Source: Takakia lepidozioides
Taxonomy: Eukaryota; Plantae; Bryophyta
Direction of reading: 5' to 3'
NCBI GenBank assembly: GCA_030704615.1
Contig: CM060733.1
Coordinates: 37,076,001-37,140,000, forward strand
DNA length: 64,000 nucleotides
Position 1 is the stretch's first letter. The number at the start of each line of letters is the position of its first letter. Both the position numbers and the translations under genes were made by a program. Positions 61,355 through 64,000 of this stretch are shown piece after piece. The notes beneath the pieces are model-generated. The model worked only from the letters and a program-made list of their open reading frames with translations. It ran no database searches and was not told the origin of the DNA.

Positions 61355-64000
61355 TGTCATGGTTTTAGTCATGTTAACTAGAATTACCTACTTTTAGTTA
61401 ACTAGGACATTTTGGATATTTATATGTGCATTTTGTGTGTTGGGACTTCATTTGGTCTCATATGCCAAGTGAGGTATCAAGCCTCACTTGGGACATGGGG
61501 ATGGGTTTTCCCCTTACGAGGGTTGAGGAGGCTAATCTTCTTGTAGTTGATGAGCCTCCCCCACCTCCATAGCTCTAGGTATTGAGAAGGAGTGTGGTGA
61601 GGGCTTTGTAGGGTGGATTATTTTAGCAAAGGTGCCCTTGGCTTGACTTGGTTTATGTGATTGAGTGGATTCGTGAGTGGAGTGTTTCCATTGTGTGTTC
61701 ACTTCCATTATCACTACAAGAAGATGACCTTATGCTTGTGAGTGTGGAGTATAAGGATTAGTGTAACACTTGTGTTGGTGTACACAAAGGAGTGAGAGAG
61801 CTAGGAAAGCTCAAGTATCTCAGGTAGGTGTTGCGAGGAAGAGTGTTTTTTTCATTGCATCAAAGAGGTGGAGAGCTCGAGGAGAGAGCTCTTGTATCAC
61901 AAAGCTTGCATGGTTTTGCAAGGTAAGTGCTTGTATGTGCACTAAGGGTTTGAGAGCTTGGAAAAGAGCTCTTGCATCACAAGAGAAGCGTCTTGTGTGT
62001 GGAAAAGATAGACACTAGGGTTTCAAGAGCAAGCTCTAGTTGTTCATGGTGTGAAAGAGAAGCCAAAGAGCGGCACGTGCCTGGGTTGGAAACACCATAG
62101 AAGGAGTACAACAAGGGTAGCTTGAGGAGCATTGAGTAGCTCAAGAGAAGCTAAGAAGTGGTTGTTCTATCCAGGTGAAATGAAGCCAAGTGGGGTTTCA
62201 TTTGGCTAACAAACAAGCAAGCAAAGGCGGTGCTAGAAGAGAGTGCTTTTGCTAGTTCTATGAGTTCTTGGATTGCTCTTGGTGAAGCAAGTGGTTGATG
62301 AAGCAGTGGCGCATGTGCTTTGCCTACCATATGTTTCATTAAAAGTGTATGACATCTAGGGTGTATCTGGAGGAGTATTACCTTTGGAGGATCTTTGGGG
62401 GGGCCTTTGAGGAGCTTTGGTAAGACACTTGAAGAGCTCTTGAAGGGGTGTTTGGAGGACTGTTTGGAGAACTATTGGGGGTCCTTGAAGACCAATATTT
62501 GGCAAATATTTAGAGCCTTTGGAGGGCTATTTGGAGGACTATTTGGGGTCCTTGGAGGCCAATATTTGGCAAATTTAAGGAGTCTTTGGTGACTTGTTTA
62601 AAGGAATATTTGGGAGCCTAGAAGGCCAAGATTTGGCAGGCTCTTGGGCCCTTGGTGGACTATTTGGAGTCCAATTGTACAGGCTTTGGGGACCTTAGTG
62701 AGATTGTTTGAGAGACATCTTGAGGGCTCTTGGAGAGTTATTTGAGAGATCCTGGAAAGTAGTCATGTCTGTTCGTCATGAACAAGAGCGTTCAGAGATA
62801 GGGGGAGACTAGTGGGATGAGAGCATTCTGGGATTAGGAATTGCTTTAGTCTTTCTTCCCCGTAGTCTTCCACCCTCTCTGTAGGCCAAAACCTTTCCGT
62901 AGGTGGAGGCAAGAGTCAGTCCGGGTGTGGGCTGGGGTGTCTTGTAGGAGCGACATTGTGGAGTATTTTTTTTGGCATGGGGGAGTTACTATCTTGATTT
63001 TCTTGTGTTTGGATCCCCCCCACACCTACATGCTTGACTGTGCGCCATGTCAGTTTTGTGATGGCGTTTGTTTTCATAGGAGGTTGGTCCGGATTTGATC
63101 ACCGGCCAATCCTAGAGCGTGCTGTCGGTGGTGAGGCTGGGGTGATGACCAGTCAAACCATCATTGTTTCTCTTATGGTGAGGCTGGGTTGATGACTAAC
63201 AGACCATAGGAGTGTTTGCGGTGGATACAGGTGCAGGTGCAGGTTTAAGTTACGAACCTAGTACTAATCTAAGCCATAGACCGCAACAGGTTCTCTACCC
63301 GGTTATCTTGTGGAGAGGGGGATTAGTGACAGGCTTACAATAGGTGTGGTTGTGAATTTTCATCACGGAGGTACCAGTAGTTGCTGAGGGGAGTGCCGGT
63401 GCGAGTACCCGCGATACTAGTGGGTACACAAGACGAGGTGTGCGGTTTAGGCCACCTTCACCTTCGGTGTCTTCTGAGGAAGGTTCAGACTCGGAGTCAG
63501 GCTGATTCTCGCCGAGGGTGCAAGCCATTTCCGTACCATTGTTGTGGGACACGATGTAGGAGATGTATGGAGCTACCAAGGGGTCACGTAGGTACTCTCA
63601 AGCTATGGGCACCATCGAGCTTGATGACTTCATACATGAGTTTGATAGTTGCTGTGATTTGCAGCAAATGCGCAATCCACAACTGTTTACGTCTTTTATG
63701 GCACGGAAGGAGCTAATCCAGCACCTTGAAGGGCCGCCCATGGATGACTACCATGAATTTAGATGGGGAAATGAGGTGGAGATTGAGGAGTTGTGACAAT
63801 ATTGGTCACCTGACTATGTCTCCATCACTAGAGGCACATCAGCAAGATCCACGGCAACAACGGTAGCAGCTACACCAGCGGCTTCTACAAGCAGCAGTGG
63901 AACAAGTGAGTCAGGATCAACTAGGACATCCACTGCAGCTCCTGCCGTTGCACCAACACATGTGTCTGCATTCAACCCGATTGTGGAGTTCTTCCAAGAG
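61355..64000 (+). mobile_element. 5' part of a second, diverged copy of the same Gypsy family (segment A, leader, start of gag); continues beyond the window
   Basis: Starts TGTCA. A-homologous motifs (GAGGCTAATCTT..GAGCCTC, GGTGCCCTTGGCTTGACTTG, ..TTATCA at 61713). 62860-64000 aligns with 28790-29950, including gag MYGA.KG.RRYS...GTIELDDFI.EFDS. Confidence 0.88.

Overview
Eukaryotic nuclear DNA from a seed-free land plant, probably a bryophyte (inferred from spliceosomal introns, a PLS-DYW editing factor and the repeat content). Host genes: 3' exons of a Vps62/DUF946-repeat (VPS13-like) gene with a LINE in one intron, a 7-exon alpha/beta-hydrolase, an intact PLS-class PPR-DYW gene with a truncated head-to-head paralog, and a DUF7086-type gene. 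The centrepiece is a decayed 23.6-kb Ty3/Gypsy element (18825-42468, 4-bp TSD AAGT). (i) Its pol carries a DNMT3-like C5-cytosine methyltransferase between protease and RT, and a PHD finger after the integrase. (ii) Its terminal repeats are split/permuted (A-internal-B-A-B), as if a 2-LTR circle had been opened at an internal palindrome GACA^GC^TGTC. (iii) It has a self-complementary, Tf1-style primer site instead of a tRNA PBS. A second, diverged family member starting at 61355 shares the A-first start and a co-varying self-priming stem. Nested in the first copy are a candidate DNA transposon with an N4/N6-DNA-methyltransferase-like relic plus a SWIM gene, and a Pack-type TIR element (8-bp TSD) carrying OSB/PDF-motif and PPR gene fragments. 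All calls were made by eye; no database searches were run.
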